Below the pieces are notes generated by a model. That model had not been told where the DNA came from, searched no databases, and saw nothing but the letters and a program-made list of their open reading frames with translations. From positions 39,186,001 through 39,250,000 of the forward strand of contig NC_058368.1 of assembly GCF_018350175.1 (NCBI RefSeq): a DNA stretch of 64,000 nucleotides, read 5' to 3'. Made by a program: the position numbers and the translations under genes. The DNA comes from Felis catus (Eukaryota). Of the stretch, positions 10,010 through 22,885 are shown piece by piece (the stretch's first letter is position 1; each line of letters begins with the position of its first letter).

Positions 10010-13000
10010 ATGTGTTGATTGAAGCCATCCTATAAAAATATTCATTCATTGTAAATATTATGGATTGTAACATATTAGAAAGGTAAAGTAAAATATGAAA
10101 GTATTAGAAACTACTACTTTTTTAAGAGAAATGCTTTCTTAGAAAACTATTAGGGGCAAGTACAGTATTTTATTCAAGTCTTTATTTTTTATGTTACATG
10201 CAGCATCTTGTATTTATTTGGTACTCAGATATGTTTTATATTGCAATTCTGAACAGAGAAGACAGCTTAATATTTTCTTCTGTTGCATGCTGTTCCTCTA
10301 AAGTGCTTTCAATTTGTATTTTCCTTTATATCAGCAAGTTGTTTTTTTGTTTTGATATAATACTAAAAGTTTTCAGTAATCTAAAATACTCATTGAAATA
10401 GTATATTAAAATAGTGTTATGTAATAAAGGAATTCTCAAAAGTAATTATTAAAGTAATATCTACCATCTTGCCAATTAATTTCTTTCCTATGTGCGTATT
10501 TAGGAAACGTCATGCAATCTTCTTTTGGGGGGGGTGGTTAATGGGGCAAGCTACTTGTAAACATGTATTGATCCACTAAATATTTTATCCAGAGTTTTCA
10601 GTAAATGTCACATTCCAGGGCTCAGCTAAATTAGAGTGAAATGTTTACAAGCAAAACTCATAATCCCATGTAATCTTTGTAAAAAGAAGTAGCATAATAG
10701 TTGAAGCAGCGTTTGTTTATATGTTGCTTTCTGTAAGTATGACCTCGTCAATAAAATAGTCAGCAGGGGCACATGCTCTGTTACTCAGTTGGAAAAAGCC
10801 CTTCTTTCATTTTTTTTTCCTCCGTTATGACAGGAGGAGAATACAACACATTAAGTCAGGTAAATCTTATTAAGTTCAGGTTAGGTTTTAACAATTTACT
10901 CTTCAAAATCACTGAGCTTAATATTTATTAACATCTTGAATGCACATAATTTTATATACATTAGCTATGACTCTTTTACAATATAAGGATCATAATGAAG
11001 ACACAGTAAAGCAGAAATCGGTATTTTCATGCAGGTTGACTTTGTTTCAGTATTTACTTATTACAGCATCATAAATAAACCTAACTAAAGCAAGTGTATT
11101 TACTTGGAGAAGAATAAATCTTTAATGTACATTTTTTCCTAACTCTTTGTGTAGAATTAAGTGATGTATACCCATTTCTAATATTTATAGTGATTATGAC
11201 TAGGTGTATATCTTTAATTTTATGATTACACCACAGTTCATATCTTGTAAACAAATTATTTTAAAATATAATTTACCATGCAGGATAATTTAGGATGGAA
11301 AAATTATACATAAAAATTATACCATAAATGTAAGTTATCACTTCTGTTATGAGAGCAGATCAGTTCTTTGGGAATCAGTTATTTGGTACCAGGTCTGCTA
11401 AGCAAGCTTCATAATTAAATAGAATTTTAAAAATTTAGTTACCAAAAGGTTATTAGACTCAATAAAGATTAAATTCAGTAACACCCCATCTGACAGTTTG
11501 ATGTTTTTATTAAAATATAAACATGAGGAAACAATAACTAAAATGTAGATAAGATGGGAAACTATTATTATTCTTTAATTTATGGGTTTTATGTTTTTTA
11601 AAAAAATGAGTTTAATATCCTCTAAGTGTCTTTCAATCTGGAGATTGTCAGTTTTGGCATAAATTCCAGGTCTAAGATTTGCTAACTGAATGTTCCTGTG
11701 AAAGACCTCAGAGTCTCCATGTTATCATTTGTAGCATTCACATTTTCTGGGGTCATTTTAATATCTATATGAGATGGCATTCAACAAATTATAGTTATTC
11801 AATAAATTTGATAATAATCAAAATATCTGCTTATAATTAACATATTTAATACTCAACAAACTTAGAAGTCAGTTTTCTCCTTTTCAAGAAAAACAAGTTA
11901 AAGCTCAGACTTGTCTAAATAATTACTTTATAAGCCTCTATTATGTAATAAGCAAATCTGGAATTCAACCATTGTCTTTTTAGTGAAATTGCATTTGTTA
12001 CTCCGTTACTCTGGGCTGCCTTCATCCTAACTCACATATCTGTCATTTTGTACAGATGCTGGGCTTTACTTTATTCTTGTAAGAAATAATCACATTCTTT
12101 TGATATTTATGCCCCTTTCATCCTCTTAATTCCAAGTATCCAGAAACGGATTTGATGTGAATATTGCCCAAAGATGCCCAGGGCTCTATTAATATACAAC
12201 AAAAGGTGATTTTTTTCTCATAGGACAAATTTTAAAATGCTGCCTGTTATATTGGCTTTATAAATCAAATTCTGATAAATATTTTTCATTTAGTTTTAAT
12301 ATTTTTCCTGTATTTAAGAAAACTATAAATATTTATTCAAAAACTCTAAAAATCCATTTTCCTTTATCTTCCCCTCTTCTCTGCCTTCTTCCCCTCCCAG
12401 TCCAATAAGTAAAATAAGGGAAATATAGTAAAAACAAATGGTTAAATAGAGAAAAAAGTGTATATTTTAATGTAATTAAAATGCACAGTATTTATCAGGG
12501 ACAATAGAGGGAATGGAAGCCTCCAACATAATCCTAAGAATTAAATTTATGTTTTATCCACAAAATATAGTCAGTGTTGTTTCATAACTTAGAATATTCT
12601 AAAAGAATAATTCAAGGTGCAATTTTTATATAGTTGATTGTAGAAAATATATATAGTCACATTTTTACATCTCCATAAAATCATAGTGATAAGTTGAGAA
12701 AAATGACCCCCAAAGATATATCATCCAATTTACACACATAAACCCAAACCTCAGAGATCTGGGTTTATTTTAGGTGCTCTTACTGATTTGAATTATTAAC
12801 TTTAAGATAATAGTTTAATTTACTTCTCTTTAACATCTATGCTTGAAATAGGCATCTCCATAATATAAAGCCATTATAAATAATTTATAGTTACTAAATA
12901 ATGGTGTTAATAATTTGGGAGTGGTATTGAAATGCCATCCATGAAACTTGCAGAGAGTAGATATTTGTGCAAGATTGAATAAGACATATCTGCTTCTGAT

Positions 13001-13219
13001 TTCAGGGTTCACACTAGGAGAAGGAGCCTATTGATGGTCAGCGTAGCACCAGAGTTTTTCAAGAAGATGTGGACATTATTTGTAAGTAAAAATTTGGTCT
13101 TACAAGTGGTTCTTTCTGAAGAATGTTACAGAGGGATGAAAATATGTGCATGAATAGATGTAGTAACATAATCTTATTTCATATTTTCCTGGTATTCTTT
13201 AATGATGGACCTATGGGAG

Positions 13220-13378
13220 GAGGCAGGTGTTCATCAGTTGTAATGAGTGCACCACTCTGGCGGGAGATGTTGATAATGGCACAGGGAATATGTGGGAAAT
13301 TTCTGTACCTTCCTCTCAGTTTTTCTGTGACTCTAAAACTACCCCTAAAAAGACAGTCTTTAAAAACAAAACAAAAAT
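13220..13378 (+). mobile_element. L1MC-type 3' end fragment
   Basis: GTTCATCAGTTGTAA...CACCACTCTGG..GGAGATGTTGATAATGG...GGGAAATTTCTGTACCTTCC. Confidence 0.7.
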
Positions 13379-13943
13379 CTAATACATTGCCTTACCTAGC
13401 ATGTAACTCAACAGGATTCATCACTAAGCTTTCCATCTGCTGGTGAACCTGGTTGCTAATTATAATAGCAAATGTCAGAGAAGACACTGTGCCCTCCCCA
13501 CATAAGGTGACAGGAATGAAGTCCATATTTGGAATCTGTGACTAAATTTGTGAGTTCAAACTGATTATTGGTAGGAGACAGGTAGCAGTAGACTCGTTTT
13601 TTATACACACTGGGTAGAATCCATGATTCCTTATAAAGTAATGCCTAGAATATAAACCTGAATTATTAAGATAATGCTGGATAATCCAGTTTTCCTCTAG
13701 AGTAGGGGAAATGGGAGAGCTCCACTCAGTACAAGGCAAATACTGTAAAAACCATGTGCCATATATGCTGCAAATCCTTCAAGCTAATTTAGAAAGAAAC
13801 CTCAAACTGGGCATCTGTCATGGTGTATCCATGACAAGTACTCCAAAACTTCTGTGGAAGTAGAATCTCCCTGGAACAAGAGACAGGAACTGTCAAACCC
13901 TGAGGACCAGTATGCAATTACTTTCCTATTTTTAGAGCCATGT

Positions 13944-14052
13944 TGGGATGGGATGGGATGGGATGGGTTGGGATGGGATGGGATGAGATGGGATGGGGTA
14001 GGGTGGGATGGAGTGGGGTGGGATGGGATGGGATGGGATGGGATGGGATGGG
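13944..14052. repeat. (GGGAT)n pentanucleotide microsatellite, imperfect
   Basis: About 22 units of TGGGA with variant units in the middle. Confidence 0.97.
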
Positions 14053-14329
14053 AAGGGTGTATTCTTTGCTTAGCGACCAGAGGTATATAATGATAGAAGA
14101 GACAGTGGAAGGAAAGGAAACAGGGAAACTAAAGCGAAAATGGACTCCTACTAGTTAACCAAGTCTATACTGTCTGTTGAAACTGAATGGAATTTGGTGG
14201 GAAAAAAATATTTCACCTATACTTATATTAATTTATTACCAGTATTGTATTTTCATTAGTCATATACTGCACCTACAATCCCTGCCACATGTTGCATGGC
14301 ATAACATAGGCATCGTGTATAATACTAGT

Positions 14330-14515
14330 TATTATGTGTTACTCTTCTAAACGTTTAATATATATTACCTCATTAAATCCTCATGAACCTTATGAGGTAA
14401 ATATTTTCAGTCTACCTTTTCACAAATGAGTGAATCGCAACATACAGAGTTAAGTAACTTCCTCCAGATTACATAACTGGTAAAAATGGCAGAGCCAGGT
14501 TTGAAACTCAGGGTG
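14330..14515 (-). mobile_element. MIR
   Basis: CTCATTAAATCCTCA...ATGAGGTA...GTTAAGTAACTT...GGCAGAGCCAGGTTTGAAACTCAGG is the antisense MIR core. Confidence 0.8.
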
Positions 14516-15809
14516 TATACTTACAATGAACTTACAAAGAACTTTTGGGCTTTTCTCATTATCACTGTCAACCTTAGTACAAGAGTGCTTAACATCACTG
14601 ACCAGAATTTAAGCTCTTCTCCTGACTCTGTCCTAAGAGGAACAGAAGGTAACCTAATAGGTTTGCAGGGTGCCTATGTGTATTTAAAACTCATACAGTG
14701 CTATAGGTCATACATTCCTAAGGGGTTTTGTTTAACCTTTAGCTTCAGAACCAGCTCCTCAAGTTAATGCTAAAAATAGTCCTGTGGATATTGTGGTCCA
14801 AACACAGAGGAGTTGAGTATTTTTCAAGTTATGGCTCAATGATTCCATTTTGTTCTTCAAGTTGGAAATAAACTCTCCTATATAGAATCAGCCCGTCTTT
14901 GAGGTATTCACTAGTGATTACGCCTTTCAAAATTCACTGACAAGAAACATCCTTCCCATTAGTGTTCTGTGTCTATCTTGATGAATTTATCATTTAGCTG
15001 TTCTCCGCTACTTGTCCAGAAATGGGGTTAGTTTTAAGATCACAGAGCAAGGTTGTATAATTTCAGTAACGTAACACCAGTCACTAACATGATCACACTA
15101 AGGTAAAATTATAATAATGCAGTGTTATCTAGTTTAATATAATTTTGAAGTGAAAACCAAGACTGCTGCTTCAAGTGTAGATTGTCTATTTCAGGTAAGA
15201 TTTAACTTGTTCCACTAAGAACATTGATATATTTTGAAAATTGCTTTATTATGTTGAAAGAGAAATTATAATTTTGATAGCTGCAAATAGTTCAAACACT
15301 CACTATGACAACTCTCAAAGGTGTTGTTGCATGCTAAAATAATTTCATATTTACATATATTCATCTCTACCTTATCACAATCAAGGAAAATAGAATAAAT
15401 ATAGAAATTTGTTTCTATAATTGATTTGTGAATTCTATACTGGTGCTGTCTTTAAAATGAAATACAATCATTCTTAAATTATAGATCTAAAGTTCAGGAA
15501 GCAATTTCAAAAAGTCTATTTTGTAAGGCAATATAGTTAATTTTTCTATATGAAATTGCTAATGAATTGCTACCCCTCAAAGAATAGATATAAAACAAGA
15601 TCTATTTCATTTATATAAAATATTTACTATCTGCATATTTTATTATGATATTTAGTTTTAGATATATTTTAGGTAATTTCTATTAGTAGCACATCATCAC
15701 AATGTTTTCTTTATTTTACTCAATTTCAGAAACACTTTCAACTAGAATGATTATAATAAAGTGTTACATATTACAATTATTATAGTAAAGGAAACTGAGA
15801 GTAACAAAT

Positions 15810-16330
15810 TATACTGAAAATATGGAAAAATGATAACCTTCCTAACATTGTTGGTGGAATTCTATAATGGTACATAGGTGCTTTAGAAAACAGTTTGATA
15901 ATTTTTTTTTAATTAAACATATATTTACCTAAAAATCTAACACTTCTATGAAGGGTCATAATAGAAAGATGAACATATTTATCATATGTAATGATGATTA
16001 CACAACTTGGCAAATTTACTAAAATCAGTAACTGAATTATGCACTTGCAAGATGTGACTTAGGGGTGCCTGGGTGGCTCAGTCAGTTAAGTGTCCAACTG
16101 TTGATTTTGGCTCAAGTCATGGTTTCACAGCTTGTGGGATCCAGCCCTACACTGTAAGCTCTGCTTATAGGGCAGAGCCCGCTAGGATTCTCTCTCCCTC
16201 TCTCTGCCCCTCCCCAACTCGCATGCATGTGCGCTTTCTCTCTCTGTGTCTTTCTCTCTCTCTCAAAAATAAATAAAGATTAAAAAAAGAAAAGTGTGAA
16301 TTATATGATATGTTAAATATGCCTCATATT
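15810..16330 (+). mobile_element. Ancient L1M 3' fragment (hosts a SINE)
   Basis: CATTGTTGGTGGAAT...CTTTAGAAAACAGTTTG; ACTGAATTATGCACTT...TGTTAAATATGCCTCA. Confidence 0.5.
16062..16290 (+). mobile_element. Carnivore SINE
   Basis: GGGGTGCCTGGGTGGCTCAGTCAGTTAAG head, (CT)n, AATAAA tail. Confidence 0.95.
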
Positions 16331-16332
16331 AG

Positions 16333-16368
<36 letters not shown>

Positions 16369-16370
16369 CT
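16331..16370. repeat. (TA)n microsatellite with self-complementary flanks
   Basis: AGTAAT(AT)n..ATTACT. Confidence 0.9.
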
Positions 16371-16824
16371 CATATATAGTAATTATACTATAAAAACCCT
16401 GCATAAGCATCATCTCATAGAACACGGTCTAGTTGTGAAAATTGGATTATTCAGTTAAGATTCTTGAAAAAAGCATACTGAATCAATATGAATGTGGAAA
16501 GGCCTTTCCTAAAATTAAGCCACATCTGTTAACATGGAACTCACATAGTATTTTTAATCTGAAGGATAAAAAAAAAAGAAAAAACATACTTTTTATTTGA
16601 TAGACTATCTAAAAATCATTCAAGACCCTCCTTCTTACTGGTTGAAACTTGATTTTGTTCACATAAGGTTCTGAAGAAAGTTGTGTTTAGGTGTAAAATT
16701 TGACTGTAAAAAGTAGAATTACAGAAAATTATATTCTCCTGGTTACGTTACAAGTAAATAACACAAGGATGATATATTTTGGAGACTAGAAGCAGACATA
16801 TTTTTTAAACATTTATTTAGTAGA

Positions 16825-17743
16825 GGAGGATCCTGGGAAGATGGCGGCGTCGGAGGACGCTGGGCTGACTGCGTCCTGCAGATAGCTTATTCCACCCACA
16901 CCTGCCTAAATAACTCAGAAAACCGCCAGAGGATTAGCAGAACAGAGTCTCTGGAGCCAAGCGCAGACGAGAGGCCCATGGAAGAGGGTAGGAAAGGCGA
17001 CGAGGTGGAGCGCTCTCCATGGACTGGCGGGAGGGGGCCGGGACAGAGGGGCGGCCCGCCGGCCAAGCAGAGCCCCCAAGTCTGGCTTGCAAAAGCGGAG
17101 GGGCTGGATGGAGTGTGTTCCGACAGCAAGCGGGACTTGACATCTGGAAGGTTATAAGCTAACAGCTCTGCTCCGAGAACGGGAGGGCTGGAGGACAACG
17201 GGAGGGAGAGTTGTTGAGCCCCGGATGACAGAGCTCAGCTTAGGGGGGAACAAAGGTGCTCGCCAGCGCCATCTCCCTCCCCCATCCCCCAGCCAAAATC
17301 CCAAAGGGAACCAGTTCCTGTCAGGGAACTTGCTTGCACCATGCTAACACCCAAAGCTGTACTTCTGTGGATCCATCCCTCTGGCGGGTCTTACTCCCTC
17401 CTGGTGCTACAGGGCCCCTCCGAAGTGGATCTCCGAAGGAAAAGCGAGCTGAGCCTGCCCCTCCCGCCCCATGCACCTTGCCAATCCACCCCAGCTAATA
17501 CGCCAGATCCCCAGCACCACAAGCCTGGCAGTGTGCAAGTAGCCCAGACGGGCCACGCCACCCCATAGTGAATCCCGCCCATAGGAGAGGGGAAGTGAAG
17601 GCACACACCAGTCTGACTGAGGCCCCAGGTGGGCTGGGGGCAGACATCAGGTCTGACTGCAGCCCCACCCACCAACGCAAGTTATTCAAGACAGAACAGG
17701 GGAAGTGCCCCACAGTTCCGCACCACTCCAGGGACTATCTAAA
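16825..17743 (+). promoter_or_regulatory. L1 5' UTR internal promoter (CpG-rich)
   Basis: The only long GC/CpG-rich stretch in the window; AAGATGGCGG (YY1-type site) near 16839, as in other mammalian L1 5' ends. Confidence 0.75.
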
Positions 17744-18638
17744 ATGATTAAACGGAAGAATTCCCCTCAAAAAAAAAAACATCCAGGAAATAATGACAGC
17801 TAACGAACTGATCAAAAACTATTTAAACAATATAACAGAGGTGAATTTAGAATAATAGTCATAAAATTAATTGCTGGGCTTGAAAACAGTATAAAGGACA
17901 GCAGAGAATCTCTGCTACAGAGATCAAGGGACTAAGGAACGGTCACCAGGAGCTGAAAATTGCTATTAATGAGTTGCAAAATAAAATGGAGACAACTACG
18001 GCTCAGATTGAAGAGGCAGAGGAGAGAATAGGTGAACTAGAAGATAAAATTCTGGAAAAAGAAAAAGCTGAGAAAAAAAAAAAGAAAAAAAATCCAGGAG
18101 TATGAGGGGAAAATTAGAGAACTAAGTGATGCACTAAAGAGAAATAATATACGCATAATTGGTATTCCAGAGGAGGAAGAGAGAGGGAAAGGTGCTGAAG
18201 GTGTAGTTGAAGAAACAATAGGTGAGAACTTCCCAGATCTGGGGAAGGAAAAAGACATTAAATCCAAGAGGCACAGAGAACTCCCTTCAGACATAACTTG
18301 AATCGATCTTCTGCATGACATATCATAGTGAAACTGGCAAAATACACGTATAAAGAGAAAATTCTGAAAGCAGCTAGAGATAAACGTGCTCTAACATATA
18401 AAGGGAGACCTATAAGACTCGTGACCAATCTCTCTACTGAAACTTGGAAGGCCAGAAAGGAATGGCAGGAGATCTTCAATGTGCTGAACAGAAAAAATAT
18501 GCAGCCGAGAATCCTTTATCCAGCAAGTCTGTCATTTAGAATAGAAGGAGAGATAAAGTTCTTCTCAAACAAACAAAAACCGAAGGAATTCGTCATCACT
18601 AAACCAGCCCTACAAGAGATCCTAGGGGGATCCTGTGA
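17744..18638 (+). pseudogene. L1 ORF1p (RNA-binding protein), frameshifted and interrupted by stops
   Basis: ATG at 17744; C-terminal part KEKILKAARDKRALTYKGRPIRL...QPRILYPASLSFRIEGEIKFF; A-run slippages and in-frame stops. Confidence 0.9.
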
Positions 18639-18688
18639 GACAAAGTACCAGAGACATCGCTACAAGCATGAAACCTACAGACATCACA

Positions 18689-21600
18689 ATGACTCTAAAC
18701 CTGTATCTTTCTATAATAACACTGAATGTAAATGGACTAAATGCACCAACCAAAAGACATAGGGTATCAGAATGAATAAAAAAACAAGACCCATCTATTT
18801 GCTGTCTACAAGAGACTCATTTTAGACTTGAGGACACCTTCAGATTGAGAGTGAGGGGATGGAGAACTATTTATCATGCTACTGGAAGCCAAAAGAAAGC
18901 TGGAGTAGCCATACTTCTATCAGACAAACTAGACTTTCAATTAAAGGCTATAACAAGAGATGAAGAAGGGCATTATATAATAATCACAGGGTCTATCCAT
19001 CAGGAAGAGCTAACAATTATAAATGTCTATGCGCCGAATACGGGAGCCCCCAAATATATAAAACAATTACTCACAAACATAAGCAACCTTATTGATAAGA
19101 ATGTGGTAATTGCAGGGGAATTTAACACTCCACTTACAGAAATGGTTAGATCATCTAGACACACGGTCAATAAAGAAACAAGGGCCCTGAATGAGACATT
19201 GGATCAGATGGACTTGATAGATATATTTAGAACTCTGCATCCCAAAGCAACAGAATATACTTTCTTCTTGAGTGCACATGGAACATTCTCCAAGATAGAT
19301 CACATACTGGGTCACAAAACAGCCCTTCATAACTATACAAGAATTGAAATCATACCATGCATACTTTCAGACCACAATGCTATGAAGCTTGAAATCAACC
19401 ACAGGAAAAAGTCTGGAAAACCTCCCAAAGCATGGAGGTTAAAGAACACCCTACTAACGAATGAATAGGTCAACCAGGCAGTTAGAGAAGAAATTAAAAA
19501 AATATATGGAAACCAAAGAAAATGAAAGTACAACAATCCAAACGCTTTGGGATGCAGCGAAGGCAGTCCTGAGAGGAAAATACATTGCAATCCAAGCCTA
19601 TCTCAAGAAACAAGAAAAATCCCAAATACAAAATCTAACAGCACACCTAAAGGAAATAGACGCAGAACAGCAAAGATACCCCAAACCCAGTAGAAGAAGA
19701 GAAATAATAAAGATCAGAGCAGAAATAAACAATATAGAATCTAAAAAAAACTGTAGAGCAGATCAACGAAACCAAGAGTTGGTTTTTTGAAAACATAAAC
19801 AAAATTGATAAACCTCTAGCCAGGCTTCTCAAAAAGAAAAGGGAGATGACCCAAATAAATAAAATCATGAATGAAAATGGAATTATTACAACCAATCCCT
19901 CAGAAATACAAGCAATTATCAGGGAATACTATGAAAAATTATATGCCAACAAACTGGACAACCTGGAAGAAATGGACCAATTCCTAAACACCCACACGCT
20001 TCCAAAACTCAATCAGGAGGAAATCGAAAGCTTTGACAGACCCATAACCAGTGAAGAAATTGAATCAGACATCAAAAATCTCCCAACAAATAAGAGTCCA
20101 GGACCAGATGGCTTCCCAGGGGAGTTCTACCAGATGTTTAAAGCAGAGATAATACCTATCCTTCTCAAGCTATTCCAAAAAATAGAAAGGGAAGGACAAC
20201 TTCCAGACTCATTCCATGAAGCCAGTATTACTTTGATTCCTAAACCAGACAGAGACCCAGTAAAAAAAGAGAACTACAGGCCAATATCCCTGATGAATAT
20301 GGATGCAAAAATTCTCAGTAAGGTACTAGCAAATCGAATTCAACGGCATATAAAAAGAATTATTCACCATGATCAAGTGGGATTCATTCCTGGGATGCAG
20401 GGCTGGTTGAACATTTGCAAATCAATCAATGTGATACATCATATTAATAAAAGATAAGAACCATATGATCCTGTCAATCGATGCAGAAAAGGCCTTTGAC
20501 AAAATCCAGCACCCTTTCTTAATAAAAACCCTTGAGAAAGTCGGGATAGAAGGAACATACTTAAAGATCATAAAAGCCATTTATGAAAAGCCCACAGCTA
20601 ACATCATCCTCAACGGGGAAAAACTGAGAGCTCTTCCCCTGAGATCAGGAACACGACAAGGATGCCCACTCTCACCGCTGCTGTTTAACATAGTGCTGGA
20701 AGTTCTAGCATCAGCAATCAGACAACAAAAGGAAATCAAAGGCATCAAAATTGGCAAAGATGAAGTCAAGCTTTCGCTTTTTGCAGATGACATGATATTA
20801 TACATGGAAAATCCGATAGACTCCACCAAAAGTCTGCTAGAACTGATACAGGAATTCAGCAAAGCTGCAGGATACAAAATCAATGTACAGAAATCAGTTG
20901 CATTCTTATACACTAACAATGAAGCAACAGAAAGACAAATAAAGAAACTGATCCCATTCACAATTGCACCAAGAAGCATAAAATACCTAGGAATAAATCT
21001 AACCAAAGATGTAAAGGATCTGTATGCTGAAAACTATGGAAAGCTTATGAAGGAAATTGCAGAAGATTTAAAGAAATGGAAAGACATTCCCTGCCCATGG
21101 ATTGGAAAAATAAATATTGTCAAAATGTCAATACTACCCAAAGCTATCTACACATTCAATGCAATCCCAATCAAAATTGCACCAACATTCTTCTCGAAAC
21201 TAGAACAAGCAATCCTAAAATTCATATGGAACCACAAAAGGCCCCGAATAGCCAAAGGAATTTTGAAGAAGAAGACCAAAGCAGGAGGCATCACAATCCC
21301 AGACTTTAGCCTCTACTACAAAGCTGTCATCATCAAGACAGCATGGTATTGGCACAAAAACAGACACATAGACCAATGGAATAGAATAGAAACCCCAGAA
21401 CTAGACCCACAAATGTATGGCCAACGCATCTTTGACAAAGCAGGAAAGAACATCCAATGGAAAAAAGACAGCCTCTTTAACAAATGGTGCTGGGAGAACT
21501 GGGCAGCAACATGCAGAAGGTTGAAACTAGACCACTTTCTCACACCATTCACAAAAATAAACTCAAAATGGATAAAGGACCTAAATGTGAGACAGGAAAT

Positions 21601-22508
21601 CATCAAAACCCTAGAGGAGAAAGCAGGAAAAGACTTCTCTGACCTCAGCCGTAGCAATTTCTTACTTGACACATCCCCAAAGGCAAGGGAATTAAAAACA
21701 AAAACGAACTACTAGGACCTTATGAAGCTAAAAATCTTCTGCACAGCAAAGGAAACAACCAACAAAACTAAAAGGCAACCAACAGAATGGGAAAAGATAT
21801 TTGCAAATGACATATCAGACAAAGTCTAGTATCCAAAATCTATAAAGAGCTCACCAAACTCCACACCCGAAAAACAAATAACCCAGTGAAGAAATGGGCA
21901 GAAAACATGAATAGACACTTCTCTAAAGAAGACATCCGGATGGCCAACAGGCACATGAAAAGATGTTCAGCGTCGCTCCTTATCAGGGAAATACAAATCA
22001 AAACCACACTCAGATATCACCTCATGCCATTCAGAGTAGCCAAAATGAACAAATCAGGAGACTATAGATGCTGGAGAGGATGTGGAGAAATGGGAACCCT
22101 CTTGCACTGTTGGTGGGAATGCAAAGTGGTGCAGCCACTCTGGAAAGCAGTGTGGAGGTTCCTCAGAAAATTAAAATTAGACCTACCCTATGACCCAGCA
22201 GTAGCACTGCTAGGAATTTATCCAAGGGATACAGGAGTACTGATGCATACGGGCACTTGTACCCAATGTTTATAGCAGCACTCTCAACAATAGCCAAATT
22301 ATGGAAAGAGCCTAAATGTCCATCAACTGATGAATGGATAAAAAAACTGTGGTTTATATCCACAATGGAGTACTACGTGGCAATGAGAAAGAATGAAATA
22401 TGGCCCTTTGTAGCAACATGGATGGAACTGGAGAGTGTGATGCTAAGTGAAATGAGCCATACAGAGAAAGACAGATACCATATGATTTCACTCTTATGTG
22501 GATCCTGA
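18689..22508 (+). pseudogene. L1 ORF2p (endonuclease/reverse transcriptase), disrupted
   Basis: MTLNLYLSIITLNVNGLN start; [43 protein letters not shown]-terminal HCWWEC; stops at 18773, 19466 and 21713 plus several frameshifts. Confidence 0.95.
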
Positions 22509-22732
22509 GACACTTAACAGAAACCCATGGGGGAGGGGAAGGAAAAAAAAAAAAGAAGTTAGACTGGAAGACAGCCAAAGCATAAGAGACTCTTAAAAAC
22601 TGAGAACAAACTGAGGGTTGATGGGGGGTGGGAGGAAGAGGAGGGTGGGTGATGGGTATTGAGGATGGCACCCTTTGGGATGAGCACTGGGTGTTGTATG
22701 GAAACCAATTTGACAATGAACTTCATATATTG

Positions 22733-22787
<55 letters not shown>

Positions 22788-22885
22788 TGGTTACTTTCTT
22801 TCACAAAGCAAACTAATAAAGTACTTTTGAGAACATTCAAAAAAATTTATTTAGTAGAAGACAAAATTAAAACTTATCTACAACA

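Larger units (their letters stand above)
16825..22844 (+). mobile_element. Full-length felid LINE-1, inactivated, with 3' transduction
   Basis: GC-rich 5' UTR starting GGAGGATCCTGGGAAGATGGCGGCG, ORF1, ORF2 (EN, RT with FADD), 3' UTR, poly(A) at 22733-22748; TSD ATTTATTTAGTAGA at 16811-16824 and 22845-22858. Confidence 0.97.

Noticed and set aside
13006..13081. Possible exon (TTTCAG ... TTT|GTAAGT) joining the 1155-1247 candidate
   Set aside because: Weak exonic donor context, reading phase incompatible with the first candidate, and an unrecognised peptide
13854..14158. GWDGM-repeat proteins
   Set aside because: Translation of the (GGGAT)n microsatellite
16825..22844. Retrotransposition-competent L1
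   Set aside because: Both ORFs carry stops and frameshifts; ORF2 stops at codon 29
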